From Chloroflexota bacterium (GTDB lineage Bacteria > Chloroflexota > UBA6077 > SHYK01): 64,000 nucleotides of DNA. Of this stretch, positions 28,830 to 39,017 are shown in pieces. The stretch is from contig SHYK01000003.1 in NCBI GenBank assembly GCA_009692845.1, positions 3,956-67,955 on the forward strand, read 5' to 3'. The notes under the pieces are model-generated. The model saw only the letters and a program-made list of their open reading frames with translations, had not been told where the DNA came from and searched no databases. The translations under genes were made by a program, and so were the position numbers. Position 1 is the stretch's first letter. Every line of letters starts with the position of its first letter.

Positions 28830-28901
28830 ATGAACTCCTGATACCGGAAACCGGGGTTGTGCTAACCTCTGCCCGGTCCAGCAAAGATAGGAGTTAAACC
28901 C

Positions 28902-29663
28902 GTGGCAGACAAGCTCATCCCGGCCGACCTGCAACGAATGAAGCGCGAAGGGCGGAAAATCGCGGCTGGCGTGGCCTACGATTTTCCCATGGCAAAGATT
29001 TGCGAACGAGCCGGCGTCGATCTGTTGTCGGTGGGTGACAGTGTTGGCCGAGCACTCCTGGGCCAGGATAACGTCGATGACTTCACCGTGGATGAGATGC
29101 TGGTGTTCGGTCGGGCGGTCGGTCGGGCGGCCGAACACGCGGTCGTAAGCGTTGACATGCCTACCGCAACCTGCAAGGCGGGTCCGAAAGCGGTGATGGA
29201 AGCAACCCGTCGGATCAAGGCAGAAGCCCACGCCGATATGACCAAGGTGGACATCCGAACGATGGAGGAGCAACTCTTCGACGACGTTCGGGCAGTCATT
29301 GAAGCGGGTCTCGCGGTCTATCCGCAAATGGGGTTCCAGGTCGGCGAGCCTGCTCATAGTGACAGCGCAGCGCACGACCACGTGATGAAGTGGGCTCATG
29401 CACTCGAAGATGCCGGGGCGTCGCTGATTGATCTGACGAATGTCAGCCATGAGATCTATGGCGAGGTCTCCAAGACCCTGCGGATCCCGGTGATCGGGGG
29501 ACAAACGGGGCCGGAGGCGGATGGGCGGATCTACGTCATGGCGGCTTTGGTCGGATATCGGCCTGATGCCCTGGATCGAACCGACGGCGCGCCCACGGCG
29601 GCTCGGCTGATCTACGATCTCGCGGAGAAGGCGTTTGCCAACGTCCATGCCGGCGCCTGGTAG
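28902..29663 (+). CDS. PanB-family (3-methyl-2-oxobutanoate hydroxymethyltransferase-like) protein, divergent
   Basis: GRKIAAGVAYDFPMAKICERAGVDLLSVGDSVG...VVSVDMP matches the PanB N-terminal pattern (TaYD...aGvD..LVGDS...DMPf). GTG start. Confidence 0.5.
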   Translation: MADKLIPADLQRMKREGRKIAAGVAYDFPMAKICERAGVDLLSVGDSVGRALLGQDNVDDFTVDEMLVFGRAVGRAAEHAVVSVDMPTATCKAGPKAVMEATRRIKAEAHADMTKVDIRTMEEQLFDDVRAVIEAGLAVYPQMGFQVGEPAHSDSAAHDHVMKWAHALEDAGASLIDLTNVSHEIYGEVSKTLRIPVIGGQTGPEADGRIYVMAALVGYRPDALDRTDGAPTAARLIYDLAEKAFANVHAGAW

Positions 29664-29670
29664 GGGAATA

Positions 29671-29723
29671 GGAAGGCCCGCCCTCCCGCCCCATTTAATC
29701 GGGAGCTCCGCCCCCGAACCCCC
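29671..29723 (+). repeat. Bipartite post-stop GC-rich element
   Basis: ggaaggcccgccctcccgccccatttaatcgggagctccgcccccgaaccccc, beginning 8 nt after the TAG of the PanB-like gene. Confidence 0.75.
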
Positions 29724-29775
29724 GTCGGGTTGGCCGGCCCGGGGTGGCGGTCACGGGCCCGCCGTTCATCGCGAT

Positions 29776-31165
29776 TTGACCGTCGGGAGTATCCCGAAAG
29801 CCATCATGTCCCTCGCTTGGCCCCAGATGGTCACCGGCGGCCTGATGGCTATAGACCAGCTCATTGATCTGGTGTGGGCAGGGATCCTGGGGCCACTTTC
29901 GCTGGCGTCGATTGGTGTTGCTTAGAGCTGGATCATGATCGCCCAGGGCCTACGCATGGGCCTGGACACCGCCAACCGGGCGGTCGTCGCGCGCGCGGTT
30001 GGCGCCCGAGACATGAAGCTGGCTAACTATCTGGCTTCGCAGGCCTTCGTCATGGGCGGGATCTTCGCTTTCGTACTCATGACGTCCGGCCTATTTGCGA
30101 CCCATTTCCTGTTGACGGTTCTGGGCATCTCGGACGAGCTGGCCGATATCGCCACCAGCTACATGCAGCTGCAGTGGATCGCTCAGCTGAGCTTCGCGCT
30201 GCAATCGATGACGGCGGCGGTGTCCCAGGCGTCCGGCGACACGGTGACGCCGATGAGGGGCCAGATGCTCGCTAGAGGGGTCAAGATCACCCTCAGCCCG
30301 CTGCTCATTTTCGGGCTGGTGGGCCTTCCCGCGATGGGGATCATGGGCGCGTCGGTCGGGGTCGGGATCGGTCAGTTCCTGGGATTCCTGCTCAACGCCC
30401 GGGTGCTCTTCAGTGGGAGACACCGCCTTCGGCCCTCGCTGGCCGACATGAGGCACCTGGATCTGCCCCTTTACTGGCGGCAGATCAAGCTGGGACTGCC
30501 CTCTTCGGTGACCGGGCTGGACCGAGCGCTCGGTCCAGCTCCTCCTGGTGGGGCTGGTGGTGCCCTTCGGCAGCTCGGCTTTGGCCGCTTATTCATTGAC
30601 GCAGCGGCTCCCCCAATTCTTCGCTGGTTTCGGGAGCGGTGGGATTTCACAGGCGGCCGGAGTGGTGGTGGGACAGTCGTTGGGGGCCGGCCAGCCTCAG
30701 CGCGCGAAGACGACCGTTTGGTGGGCGGCTGGCATCGCACTATCGATCAACGGATGCTTCGCCATCATGATGATGGTGTTCCCGGGGCCGTTTCTATCGA
30801 TCTTCACTCGAGACCCGCAGCTCCTCGGTGAAGCCGCGCCGTGGCTGCAGATTCTGGCTATGACCCTGTTCGGAATGTCTCTGGGCATGGTGTTCTCTCA
30901 GTGTTTGAATACGGCGGGGGAGACCCTCCTCCCCATGATCGTCGTAGTGTCCAGCAACTGGCTTATTCAGCAGCCGCTCGCGATCATGCTCAGCGGCGCT
31001 CGGAGTAACTGGGAGGTTCTGGGCCAGACCGTGCATCTCCCGACGCTTGCCCATTGGGACGAGTTCGGCATCTGCTGGGCGATCGTGATCGCCCAGGTGA
31101 CCCGGCCCCTGACCTATTTTCCCTATCTCAAATGGGGTCCGTGGCTGAAGAAACAAGTGCTGTAG
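29776..31165 (+). pseudogene. MATE-family efflux transporter with an in-frame TAG and a frameshift
   Basis: Three collinear ORF pieces carry MATE-like sequence (IPKAIMSLAWPQMV; RAVVARAVGA; LAAYSLTQRL...GQSLGAGQ). A TAG at 29923-29925 interrupts ...SIGVA*SWIMIAQG. The frame changes near 30530-30535 (DRALG|QLLLVGLVVPFG). The start is uncertain; a TTG at 29776 is proposed. Confidence 0.7.
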
Positions 31166-31215
31166 AGGAAGGCCCGCCCACCCGCGCCATTGAACTTGGG
31201 GCTCCGCCCCAAACC
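31166..31215 (+). repeat. Bipartite post-stop GC-rich element
   Basis: gaggaaggcccgcccacccgcgccattgaacttggggctccgccccaaacc, starting immediately after the TAG of the MATE gene. Confidence 0.7.
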
Positions 31216-31435
31216 AGAAGGCCTGAAAATGGGGCTCTGGCCGGCCGGAAAGTAGGCCAGAACCAGGGCGGTTGACAATTTGACACCCATGCGATTAGGC
31301 TATGCGGAATCGCGGCTGGTTGCCGAAGCCGGTCGTGGTTGAGCTGCTCTTTGGAGCATGCTTTTCCCCTGTGGCAACCTCGTTCTTCTGGGGAATAGGA
31401 TCTTAGCGGCAGCCAAAAAAAAGGAAGGAGAGACC

Positions 31436-32500
31436 ATGTTTAAAGGGACCAAGGTTCTCGATGTCCACGGTCACGTTTCGGCTCCCCCAACTGCTCGTAA
31501 CTGGATCATGGGTGGATTCAGCTCGGGCCATGTGGGTGAAAGCCCGTACCGGCGACCAGCGGGTGCTGGCGGTGGCGGAGAGGGCGGCGGCGGAGGAATC
31601 ACTCCTGAATCGATGCTGGAAGCCAACAAGCGCCACATCGATTACATGGATGCTCGCAACATCGACGTTCAGGTCATCGGCCCCCGCCCGTTCATGATGA
31701 TGGGTTGGATGCAGCGGCATCTGCTCCCCCGCTGGTGCGAGTTCACCAACGACACGATTCATGAGCAAGTCAAGAATTTCCCCGGCCGGTTCCTGGGTGC
31801 CACGATGCTGCCCCAGATCGCCGAGGCGGCCGACCTGAGCAACTGCGTCCCCGAATTCGAAAAGGGCGTGAAGGAATACGGATTCGTCGGCACTTATCTG
31901 AGCCCGGATCCGGATGGCCGCCACAATTCCCCAGGCATGAACACGAAGTACTGGGATCCCGTGTATGCCAAGTGCCAGGAGTGGAACGTACCCGTCTTCA
32001 TTCACGGCACGAACTGCCTCGATGGACGGATCGGCCACATCCCGGGCAACTACCAGGTTGGCTTCGTCGTCGAGACCTTCCTGGCCAGCCGCATCCTGGC
32101 GTACGGCGATCAGTTCGAGCGGTTCCCGGGCCTGCGCATCTGCATCGCTCACGGCGGCGGCGCGCTGGACCGGTTCATCACGTCCTCTAACCACCGCATT
32201 CCGCGGGGCAAGGACATGACCAACCTGTACTTCGACACCTGCCTGTACGACGTTGACTATCTCGCATTGGCGATCAAGCAGTGGGGCGTCGATCACATCT
32301 GCTTCGGCACCGAGGCTCCTGGCTCGGGTGGAGCGGTGCGACAGGCTTCGGATCACGCGATCCAGGCTGGTGTCGGCACGACCTCCGACAACCTGCTGCC
32401 GGTGTTGGATGCGATGCCCACTCTCTCAGACGCGGACATTGTGCAGATCGTCAACAAGAACCCGATGAAGGTCTTCCCGGGTTTCGCCCAGGCCAAGTAG
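31436..32500 (+). CDS. Amidohydrolase_2 family protein (ACMSD-like metal-dependent hydrolase/decarboxylase)
   Basis: The strong RBS aaggaaggag lies 6 nt before the ATG at 31436. The N-terminal metal motif is VLDVHGHV, followed by later IHG and CIAHGGG motifs. There is a Gly-rich insert (AGAGGGGEGGGGG). Confidence 0.65.
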   Translation: MFKGTKVLDVHGHVSAPPTARNWIMGGFSSGHVGESPYRRPAGAGGGGEGGGGGITPESMLEANKRHIDYMDARNIDVQVIGPRPFMMMGWMQRHLLPRWCEFTNDTIHEQVKNFPGRFLGATMLPQIAEAADLSNCVPEFEKGVKEYGFVGTYLSPDPDGRHNSPGMNTKYWDPVYAKCQEWNVPVFIHGTNCLDGRIGHIPGNYQVGFVVETFLASRILAYGDQFERFPGLRICIAHGGGALDRFITSSNHRIPRGKDMTNLYFDTCLYDVDYLALAIKQWGVDHICFGTEAPGSGGAVRQASDHAIQAGVGTTSDNLLPVLDAMPTLSDADIVQIVNKNPMKVFPGFAQAK

Positions 32501-32522
32501 GCGAAGCCGCTCGATACTCGAG

Positions 32523-32562
32523 CAACAAAAAGGGGGCGCGGTGACGCGCCCCCTTTTTGTTG
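32523..32562. terminator. Bidirectional intrinsic terminator (18-bp perfect stem with flanking A/T runs)
   Basis: caacaaaaagggggcgcg-gtga-cgcgccccctttttgttg. The T5 tract lies on the + strand 3' side and the A5 tract on the other. Confidence 0.8.
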
Positions 32563-32595
32563 TCGGAACCAGAAGGTGGTCTCTCGCATGCGGAG

Positions 32596-32639
32596 TGCAC
32601 CAAGAGGCCCGCGGTGATCACCGCGGGCCTCTTGGTGCA
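32596..32639. terminator. 44-bp perfect palindrome (hairpin) downstream of the zinc-ribbon gene
   Basis: tgcaccaagaggcccgcggtga|tcaccgcgggcctcttggtgca, 26 nt past the stop of the minus-strand gene. There is no T tract. Confidence 0.4.
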
Positions 32640-32664
32640 GGAGTGCTTTTTGTCTTAGTCGGCG

Positions 32665-33063
32665 CTAGTCGTCCCCGCCGAGCGCGGGTCCGGTGTCGTG
32701 GAAATGGTCGTGGCCGGAATGGTCGTCAATCTCGAGGGCATGCTCGACGGGCACGCCGTGGTCGAGCTGGCTGATGATCTCGTCCATATGCTCGTTCTTT
32801 TCATCCTGGAAGGTCTGGCCCATCTTGCGGAAGAAGTTGGCCATGGAAGCGGGATTTGAGTAGTCGACGCCTTGCAAGAGCTCGGCCTTATTGAGGTTGT
32901 CTGGATTGACCTGGGCATGGATCACGGCGACCCGCGAAATCAGGCGGGTCAGCTTACCGCTGCCGCAACGCTCACAGTTGCCGCTGGTCGGGGCGCCAAT
33001 GGAGCGCGTGAGGATCCCAACCCGGGCGCCACAATCGCCGCATCTGAACTCATAGACTGGCAT
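32665..33063 (-). CDS. FmdB-family zinc-ribbon protein with an acidic/His-rich tail
   Basis: [12 protein letters not shown]...CERCGSG is the CxxC...CxxC ribbon. The C-terminal tail is [11 protein letters not shown]. Confidence 0.7.
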   Translation of the reverse strand: MPVYEFRCGDCGARVGILTRSIGAPTSGNCERCGSGKLTRLISRVAVIHAQVNPDNLNKAELLQGVDYSNPASMANFFRKMGQTFQDEKNEHMDEIISQLDHGVPVEHALEIDDHSGHDHFHDTGPALGGDD

Positions 33064-33301
33064 AAGGCGTCAGTATAGCAGGGCATGTGGGGCACGGCGC
33101 CTGCGAGCACCGGGTGGATCGAGGACCGGGCGTCAGCGGGCCGAAGGACGGCGGAGCAACTTTATTCCAGCGCCGGACGCCGCGCCAGGTCTTGCGGATC
33201 GGAATCCGGTAAAGAAGGCCGGACGTAGCCGAAGGAGAAGACCCCGGCCAGGGCTGCTAATATCGGGAGCAAGCGTGATTGGGCCGAATCGAGGAGGCAA
33301 C

Positions 33302-33700
33302 GTGGAAGACCTGAAGCAACGTGACGAAACCGACTGGAAGAACCGGCTTACGCCCCAGCAATTCGAGGTATGTCGGCTCAAGGGTACCGAGCCAGCTTTC
33401 ACCGGAAAATACTGGAACAACCATGACAGTGGGATGTACCACTGTGTTGCCTGTGATGCCCCGCTGTTCTCGTCTCAGGCGAAATTCGAGTCCGGCAGCG
33501 GTTGGCCGAGCTTTGATAGCCCCGCCGTACAGGAGAACGTCGAGATCCACGAGGACCGCAGCTACGGAATGGTGAGAACCGAGGTCGTCTGCCGGCAATG
33601 CGGCTCGCACCTGGGCCATCTGTTTCCCGATGGTCCCCGCGATACGACGGGAATGCGCTATTGCATCAACTCGGCCTCATTAGACTTCAAGAAAGAGTAG
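33302..33700 (+). CDS. msrB: Peptide-methionine (R)-S-oxide reductase
   Basis: [39 protein letters not shown] and RYCINS. The start is taken at the GTG at 33302, preceded by gaggagg; the ORF is open from 33275. Confidence 0.9.
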   Translation: MEDLKQRDETDWKNRLTPQQFEVCRLKGTEPAFTGKYWNNHDSGMYHCVACDAPLFSSQAKFESGSGWPSFDSPAVQENVEIHEDRSYGMVRTEVVCRQCGSHLGHLFPDGPRDTTGMRYCINSASLDFKKE

Positions 33701-35682
33701 GGGGGCTCGGCCTCCTCTTACCCATCCTGGCGCTTTCCGCGGGGCTCCACCTCTATCGGCTAGACGCGCTGGGCGATGCCAACCTCTACTACACCGCCGC
33801 GGTCTACAGCATGCTCCAGTCGGTCTCGAACTTCTTTTTCGTCGCTGCGGAGCCGGGCGGCTCGGTCAGCGTGGACAAGCCGCCGCTCGGGCTGTGGATC
33901 GAGGCGCTTTCGGCGCTCCTGTTCGGTGTCAATGGGGTCGCGGTCATCCTCCCTAACGTCCTCGCGGGACTCGCGAGCACGGCGATCGTTTTCGGAATGG
34001 TTCGCCGTCGCTCCGGACTGGGAGCTGGACTGCTCGCCGCAATGGTTATGGCGGTGACTCCGTCCAGCCTGGCCGCCGAGCGGAACAACACGATGGACGG
34101 GATGCTCACGCTCTGCCTCGTTTTTGGGGCGTGGGCTTTTCTTCGGGCCAGCGAAACCGGCCAGGGCCGTTTTCTGTGGTTCGGGGCGGCGTTCATCGGC
34201 CTCGGATTCAACGTCAAGATGTTGCAGGCGTATCTGGTGCTTCCGGCTTGCTACGCGGTCTATCTCTTGACCGGCACCGAGGGGTGGAATCGGAAGCTCC
34301 TCAAATTGGGGGCGACGACGCTCGTGATTCTGGCCTTCTCGCTCGCCTGGGCGGCCGCCGTGGATCTCACCCCGGCGGAAGAGCGTCCCTATGTGGGAGG
34401 GAGCACGGACAACACGGTGATGGAGCTGATCGTCGGCCACAACGGGCTGAGTCGCATCTTTGGCCCTGGGCGGGATGCGCAACCGGCGAGCTCAGTGGCT
34501 GGCCCGGGGCCGGTCGGGGCCCGACCGGGCATTCGCCGGCCAGGTTCGGACGGACCCCTTCCTCCGGGCGCTTCTGGAGCCCCGCCCCAACCTGGGGGAG
34601 CTGGGGGGGCGGGGCCGGGCGGACCGCAGGAGACTGGTCAGCCGGGATTCTTCCGCTTCCTGACTGCACCCTTGAGCAACGAAGTGAGCTGGCTGCTGCC
34701 ATTCGCCCTGCTGGCACTTGGGGCTCTGGTTCTCGAGGAACGGTTTACCTGGCCGTTGGGGCCGGGCCACCGACCGCTGGTGCTCTGGGGCGGATGGCTG
34801 CTCACCTGCCTGGTGTTCTTCAGTGTTGCGCGGTTTTTCCACCCGTATTACCTGGTCATGGTGGGGCCACCATTGGCAGTCCTTGTGGCGAGCGGAGCGG
34901 CGGTCCTGGCACGCCGATTGAACGCGGGATCGCGGGCGGCCAGCATTGCCTTCATTGGGGGGGCAGGGGCCACGGTCGGGTATCAGTGGTTCAACGCCGC
35001 TCAGTTCGGGGTGACCGGATTCTGGGTGCCACTCGGTTTTCTGGCGACCGCCTGCGGTGCGATCGTGCTAGTCGTCCGGCGGACCAGCCGGGCCTCGCAG
35101 ATCGGGGTCTCGATGCTCGGTTTTGGGATGCTGCTCGCGCCGCTCGCCTGGTCGGTGCTCACGGTGCTCCATCCCACCAGCCGAGGAGTCCCCACGGCAT
35201 ATGCCGGCGATGATCGCGCCACACCCCCATTTGGCCCGGCACTGCTCGCCAATCCGCGATTGATCGAATTCCTGGAGGGCAATACCGAAGGGGTCCGGTA
35301 CCTCTTGGCGGTACCCAGCGCCATGATGGGAGCGCCTCTGGTGCTTGCCACCGGTCGGCCGGTGCTCTACATGGGGGGCTTCAACGGGGTCGATCCGGTC
35401 GTCACGGAAGCGGACGTCGCCGCTTTGGTCAAGGACCAATGGCTACGGTACGTCTTTCTGGGGCCGTCCCCCGGCCAAACCAGGGCGGACGTTCGGGGGT
35501 GGGTGATATCGCATTGTGCGGCCGTGTTCGTGCCCCTGCAGGCGGGGGCGGGAAGTGCCCAAAGAACGCCGGACCTGAACCGAGCCCCAGGCGCCCGTCT
35601 CCAGCCGTCGCCCGGCGGGCAGCCTCGAGATGGTCCCGGCCCAGGTTCGAACGCAGCCCCCATCTACGACTGCCGCGGGTAA
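33661..35682 (+). CDS. GT-C fold glycosyltransferase (GT39/PMT_2, ArnT-like) with a Pro/Gly-rich insert
   Basis: [20 protein letters not shown]...VDKPPLGLW, multiple TM segments, and a low-complexity loop [21 protein letters not shown]. The start is uncertain: TTG at 33661 or ATG at 33598. Both overlap the end of msrB. Confidence 0.65.
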   Translation: MHQLGLIRLQERVGGLGLLLPILALSAGLHLYRLDALGDANLYYTAAVYSMLQSVSNFFFVAAEPGGSVSVDKPPLGLWIEALSALLFGVNGVAVILPNVLAGLASTAIVFGMVRRRSGLGAGLLAAMVMAVTPSSLAAERNNTMDGMLTLCLVFGAWAFLRASETGQGRFLWFGAAFIGLGFNVKMLQAYLVLPACYAVYLLTGTEGWNRKLLKLGATTLVILAFSLAWAAAVDLTPAEERPYVGGSTDNTVMELIVGHNGLSRIFGPGRDAQPASSVAGPGPVGARPGIRRPGSDGPLPPGASGAPPQPGGAGGAGPGGPQETGQPGFFRFLTAPLSNEVSWLLPFALLALGALVLEERFTWPLGPGHRPLVLWGGWLLTCLVFFSVARFFHPYYLVMVGPPLAVLVASGAAVLARRLNAGSRAASIAFIGGAGATVGYQWFNAAQFGVTGFWVPLGFLATACGAIVLVVRRTSRASQIGVSMLGFGMLLAPLAWSVLTVLHPTSRGVPTAYAGDDRATPPFGPALLANPRLIEFLEGNTEGVRYLLAVPSAMMGAPLVLATGRPVLYMGGFNGVDPVVTEADVAALVKDQWLRYVFLGPSPGQTRADVRGWVISHCAAVFVPLQAGAGSAQRTPDLNRAPGARLQPSPGGQPRDGPGPGSNAAPIYDCRG

Positions 35683-35843
35683 CAGCTCGACGCTCGATCA
35701 GGCGACGACTGGCGGCGGCCGCCGTCTCCAACCGCCCCGTCGGGTGGGGCTGCGTGGCCGGCCGGAGCGCCATACTGCCACGGACCGCGGTCCTCAGTCC
35801 CACTTGAAGCTTGTGGTGATCGAAACTTACTGAAGGAGTCCGT

Positions 35844-36950
35844 ATGAGAATCGGCAGCGTCGCAGCCTTGGTTATTGCATTCGTTGCGGTCATGGTCGCC
35901 GGCCTGAGCTTGGGGCGAGCGATGAGTGTGCAATCAGGGCTTGACGCACTGCAAAAATCTGTTGAGGCATCCAGAAGTGGGATCGATCGCACGGGCACCG
36001 TGGCACTCGGACCGGCCAAACCGACCGACGTTGCCAACGTCGCGCGGGATCCGTCCAGGGTGCCGCCCCCGATAACCCGCACCGAACCGACGACGGTCGA
36101 GATCGCCACAACGATCAAGGAGGTGACGGCAGAAATCGCGGACGGAGCGACCTACGATTTCTGGACCTACGATGGAACAGTGCCGGGGCCGCTTTACCGG
36201 GTGATGGAGGGGGACACGGTCAAGCTGACCATCACGAATCCATCATCGAGCAACAGCGCCCACGATATCGATTTGCATGCGGTCAATGGTCCGGGCAGGG
36301 GCGCCGCGGTGACTGCGGTGGCGCCGGGCGAGTCGAAAACCTTCACGTTCACAGCGCTGAACCAGGGCGCGTATGTGTATCACTGTGCGTTCGCCCCGCC
36401 ATATCACCACATCGCGCAGGGCATGTACGGCGGGATAGTCGTGGAGCCGCGCGGCGGCTTGCCGAAGGTTGATCGCGAGTTCTACGTGATGCAGGGGGAG
36501 TGGTACACGGCCGGCGCGTTCGGGCAAAAAGGGCAGCAAACCTTCAGCAGTGCGAAAGCCCTGGCCGAAAATCCCGAATATTTCACCTTCAACGGCCACG
36601 TCAATGCCCTCACCAATCTCTTTCCGCTGCATGCAAAGGTGGGTGAGACGGTGCGGATGTTCTTTGGCAACGGTGGCCCGAATATCGGATCCAATTTTCA
36701 CCTGATCGGAGAGATTTTCGACCGGGTGTACTCGGGCGCCCCCAGCACCTTCACCCAAAACGAGGAGACGTGGTACGTTCCGCCCGGTTCGGTGTCGATT
36801 TTTGAATTCAGGCTCAATGAACCGGGCCAATATACGCTGGTGGATCATGCGCTCTGGCGGGTGGCGAAGGGGGCGGCGGGTGCCCTCCTCGTTGATGGTG
36901 ATTGGGACCCGAATGTCTACTCGCCGCCCGCGCCGAACGCCAGCCATTAG
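35844..36950 (+). CDS. nirK: Copper-containing nitrite reductase, N-terminally membrane-anchored
   Basis: Type 1/type 2 Cu ligand pattern: AHDIDLH (H-x4-H), VYHCAFAPPYHHIAQGMYG (HC...H-x4-M) and the downstream NFHLIGEIFD. One N-terminal TM helix. Confidence 0.8.
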   Translation: MRIGSVAALVIAFVAVMVAGLSLGRAMSVQSGLDALQKSVEASRSGIDRTGTVALGPAKPTDVANVARDPSRVPPPITRTEPTTVEIATTIKEVTAEIADGATYDFWTYDGTVPGPLYRVMEGDTVKLTITNPSSSNSAHDIDLHAVNGPGRGAAVTAVAPGESKTFTFTALNQGAYVYHCAFAPPYHHIAQGMYGGIVVEPRGGLPKVDREFYVMQGEWYTAGAFGQKGQQTFSSAKALAENPEYFTFNGHVNALTNLFPLHAKVGETVRMFFGNGGPNIGSNFHLIGEIFDRVYSGAPSTFTQNEETWYVPPGSVSIFEFRLNEPGQYTLVDHALWRVAKGAAGALLVDGDWDPNVYSPPAPNASH

Positions 36951-37334
36951 GGCGCGCTGAACTCGGATCCGCCCTGGTTTGGCCGGACATCTCCAGGTGG
37001 CGCGCCGAATTGCCAGGTGGGGCGTAACAATCCGCCTGGCTCCGGTGTTGTCTGGATGGCGCAATAGCCGGACGGATTCTTGTGCGAAACTCCTATCCCA
37101 CAGCAGGGGTGCGTAGCCTACACCACCTGGGTCGCGACGCGACGGTTAAACAGCGTGGGGCCAGGTCTCGCGGCGAATCCCTGTCGCAAGACCTTGAGCA
37201 AGCTCAAATGCATGCTTTGGCGCTGGACGGGTGGGTTGCTCAGGGCATGGACCCATCAAGCCCCAGTGTGGGTGGGCGACTATCCTGAACGGCCCTGGCG
37301 CCGAGTCTACCAATGAAAAGGAGGATGAACTTAG

Positions 37335-37847
37335 TTGAGAAGCCTACATGGAGATGAGCTTCCCGCCTCCCCCTTGTTCGGCGGGGTCAATCAAGCGGAC
37401 TGGGCTGTGCTGCTCGCATCGGCCGGGCGGCTTGACCTTGCGGCGGGTGAGCCCGTGTTCATACAGGGTGGCCCGGCAGACTCGTTTTATGCGGTCTTGG
37501 CCGGGACGGTCGAAGTGCGGATGAGTAGTCCCTATGCGAAGGAGCGGGTGTTGGCGCATCTTGGCGTGGGCACGGTGCTGGGCGAGACCAGCCTGTTTCT
37601 CGGCGGACAGCACACTGTGTCGATCTATACGACGGAGCCGTGTACTCTCATGCGTTTCCCAACCGGGGCCTTCATGGATTTGATCGAGCAGAAGCAGACC
37701 GGAGCCATTCGGGTTCTCTACAACATGGGGCACGCGCTGGCATTACGACTGCGCACTTCCAATGAACAGCTTGGCGAAACGGCTCGGATCGGAGCTAGCG
37801 CAATGGTTCGCAACGACGGAGGTCGTCAGCAGCGGTTTCTGCGCTGA
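37335..37847 (+). CDS. Stand-alone cyclic-nucleotide-binding domain protein (no HTH)
   Basis: GEPVFIQGGPADSFYAVLAGTVEV...LGETSLF is a cNMP beta-roll. At 170 aa it is too short for a Crp/Fnr DNA-binding domain. Confidence 0.65.
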   Translation: MRSLHGDELPASPLFGGVNQADWAVLLASAGRLDLAAGEPVFIQGGPADSFYAVLAGTVEVRMSSPYAKERVLAHLGVGTVLGETSLFLGGQHTVSIYTTEPCTLMRFPTGAFMDLIEQKQTGAIRVLYNMGHALALRLRTSNEQLGETARIGASAMVRNDGGRQQRFLR

Positions 37848-38036
37848 GCGATAAAGGACCCCCGCTGGAGTGGCCGGGTCCGTTCACTTGACTCCGCGAA
37901 CTCGACCGTCCGCCACCCTTCTGGCTTTGAATTAAGTCAGAAAGCGATGCGCCCGCCCCGGTGGGCCGGTTGCCGTGCTACCGAATCGCGTCGTACATTG
38001 CGTATGGTGCCACGAGGCGGCAGTTGGAGGGCGATC

Positions 38037-38804
38037 ATGAGCGAGCTCAACGATGTCATGCACGAAGTCGCAATGGCCAACCGGGTGCTGTCGAACCTGG
38101 GCCTTGCGGTGGGGATTACCGCCGCGCTGGGCCACGCCAGCATGCGTCTGCCATCCGATCCAAGCCGCTTTATCGTGAAGGGGCGCGAGTACGATTTTGA
38201 TGCGCTCTCGATCATGAACGGCGAGGACATGGTGATCTGCGACACCGACGGCTTCAAGGTCGGCGGGCGCGATGCGCTGACCCAGTGCTCAGAGGTAAAA
38301 ATCCATTCCTGCATCTACAAATCACGGCCGGATATTCAGTCCGTGGTGCACGTTCACCCGCGCTACACGATCCTCATGTCGGTGTTGAACCAGACCATGG
38401 TGCCGATGTGCCAGGAGGGGTCGCAGTTCGTGCGGACTCCGCTGCCGGTGTGGCCGCATATGAAGACGGTCCAGAACGATGACGAGGGCATGGAGGTCGC
38501 GGGGTTGCTGGGCAACGGGCGCGCCGTGCTGCTTCGCGGGCATGGCGCCGTCACGACGGGGAAGACGCTTTCTGAGACCGTGCTTGGGATGGCGCAGCTC
38601 GAGGAGCAGGCGCGCATGAACTACCTGGCGTACTGCGCCGACGGGCCAGGGTACGCGCACCTTGCACCTGAGCTTCTCGACGAGATGACGAATCGGCCCC
38701 CGCTTTATGAGCAGCCGCACTTCAAAGACGTCCTGAAGGGCAGGGCCCCACAGCGGGATGGGATCTGGAACTACCACGTGCGGCTCGCATCCCGGAACGA
38801 ATAG
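38037..38804 (+). CDS. Class II aldolase/adducin-family protein
   Basis: RBS ggagg 7 nt before the ATG at 38037. Motifs GHASMR, HSCIY...VVHVHP and LLRGHGAVTTG. Confidence 0.7.
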   Translation: MSELNDVMHEVAMANRVLSNLGLAVGITAALGHASMRLPSDPSRFIVKGREYDFDALSIMNGEDMVICDTDGFKVGGRDALTQCSEVKIHSCIYKSRPDIQSVVHVHPRYTILMSVLNQTMVPMCQEGSQFVRTPLPVWPHMKTVQNDDEGMEVAGLLGNGRAVLLRGHGAVTTGKTLSETVLGMAQLEEQARMNYLAYCADGPGYAHLAPELLDEMTNRPPLYEQPHFKDVLKGRAPQRDGIWNYHVRLASRNE

Positions 38805-38828
38805 CCGGAGGCTTGGGCTCGCTATCGG

Positions 38829-38901
38829 CTCCTCGGGCAGGACTCGAACCTACGACCAAGCGGTTAACAGCCGCCCGCTCTACCAACTGAGCTACCGAGG
38901 A
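38829..38901 (-). tRNA. tRNA-Asn (anticodon GTT)
   Basis: Hand-folded cloverleaf. The acceptor stem is TCCTCGG/CCGAGGA, the D arm GCTC/GAGC, the anticodon arm GGCGG-CTGTTAA-CCGCT and the T arm GTAGG-TTCGAGT-CCTGC. The discriminator is G. The 3' CCA is not fully encoded (CCG). Confidence 0.9.
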
Positions 38902-39017
38902 ATGGTGACCCAATTATAAAGCCGGGCCATTGGTTGGATATGGTCCTGGCCGGGGGTACCATTGTGCCTGACGCGCCACCGATCCCCCGCAACCCGGGCG
39001 CCCGAATCGGAGACTGA

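Noticed and set aside
28830-29648. The upstream 270 codons of the 461-aa minus ORF 28263-29648.
   Set aside because: Only the last 188 codons (from MRIKLHV at 28829) form a coherent signal peptide plus cupredoxin. The rest is antisense to the PanB-like gene and looks non-coding.
31272-31301. A possible promoter upstream of the amidohydrolase gene: TTGACA, an 18-nt spacer, then TAGGCT, with a second TTGACA 8 nt downstream of the first.
   Set aside because: The -10 hexamer is weak and there is no supporting evidence, so it is not reported as a feature.
33598-33700. The ATG at 33598 as the start of the GT39-like gene, which would give a 103-nt overlap with msrB.
   Set aside because: The overlap is long and the extra N-terminal residues look non-coding (Arg/Pro-rich). 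An in-frame TTG at 33661 is more plausible, but neither start can be proven without data.
35429-36118. A 229-aa minus ORF spanning the end of the GT39-like gene and the start of nirK.
   Set aside because: It is antisense to two well-supported genes and has a low-complexity translation.
38722-38913. A 63-aa minus ORF (MGHHSSVAQLVERAAVNRLVVGSSPARG...).
   Set aside because: It is the translation of the tRNA-Asn gene (a characteristic QLVER..GSSP artefact), not a protein.
38805-39017. The tRNA-Asn gene considered as an integration site for a mobile element.
   Set aside because: No integrase, no duplicated tRNA 3' half and no obvious compositional break on either side.
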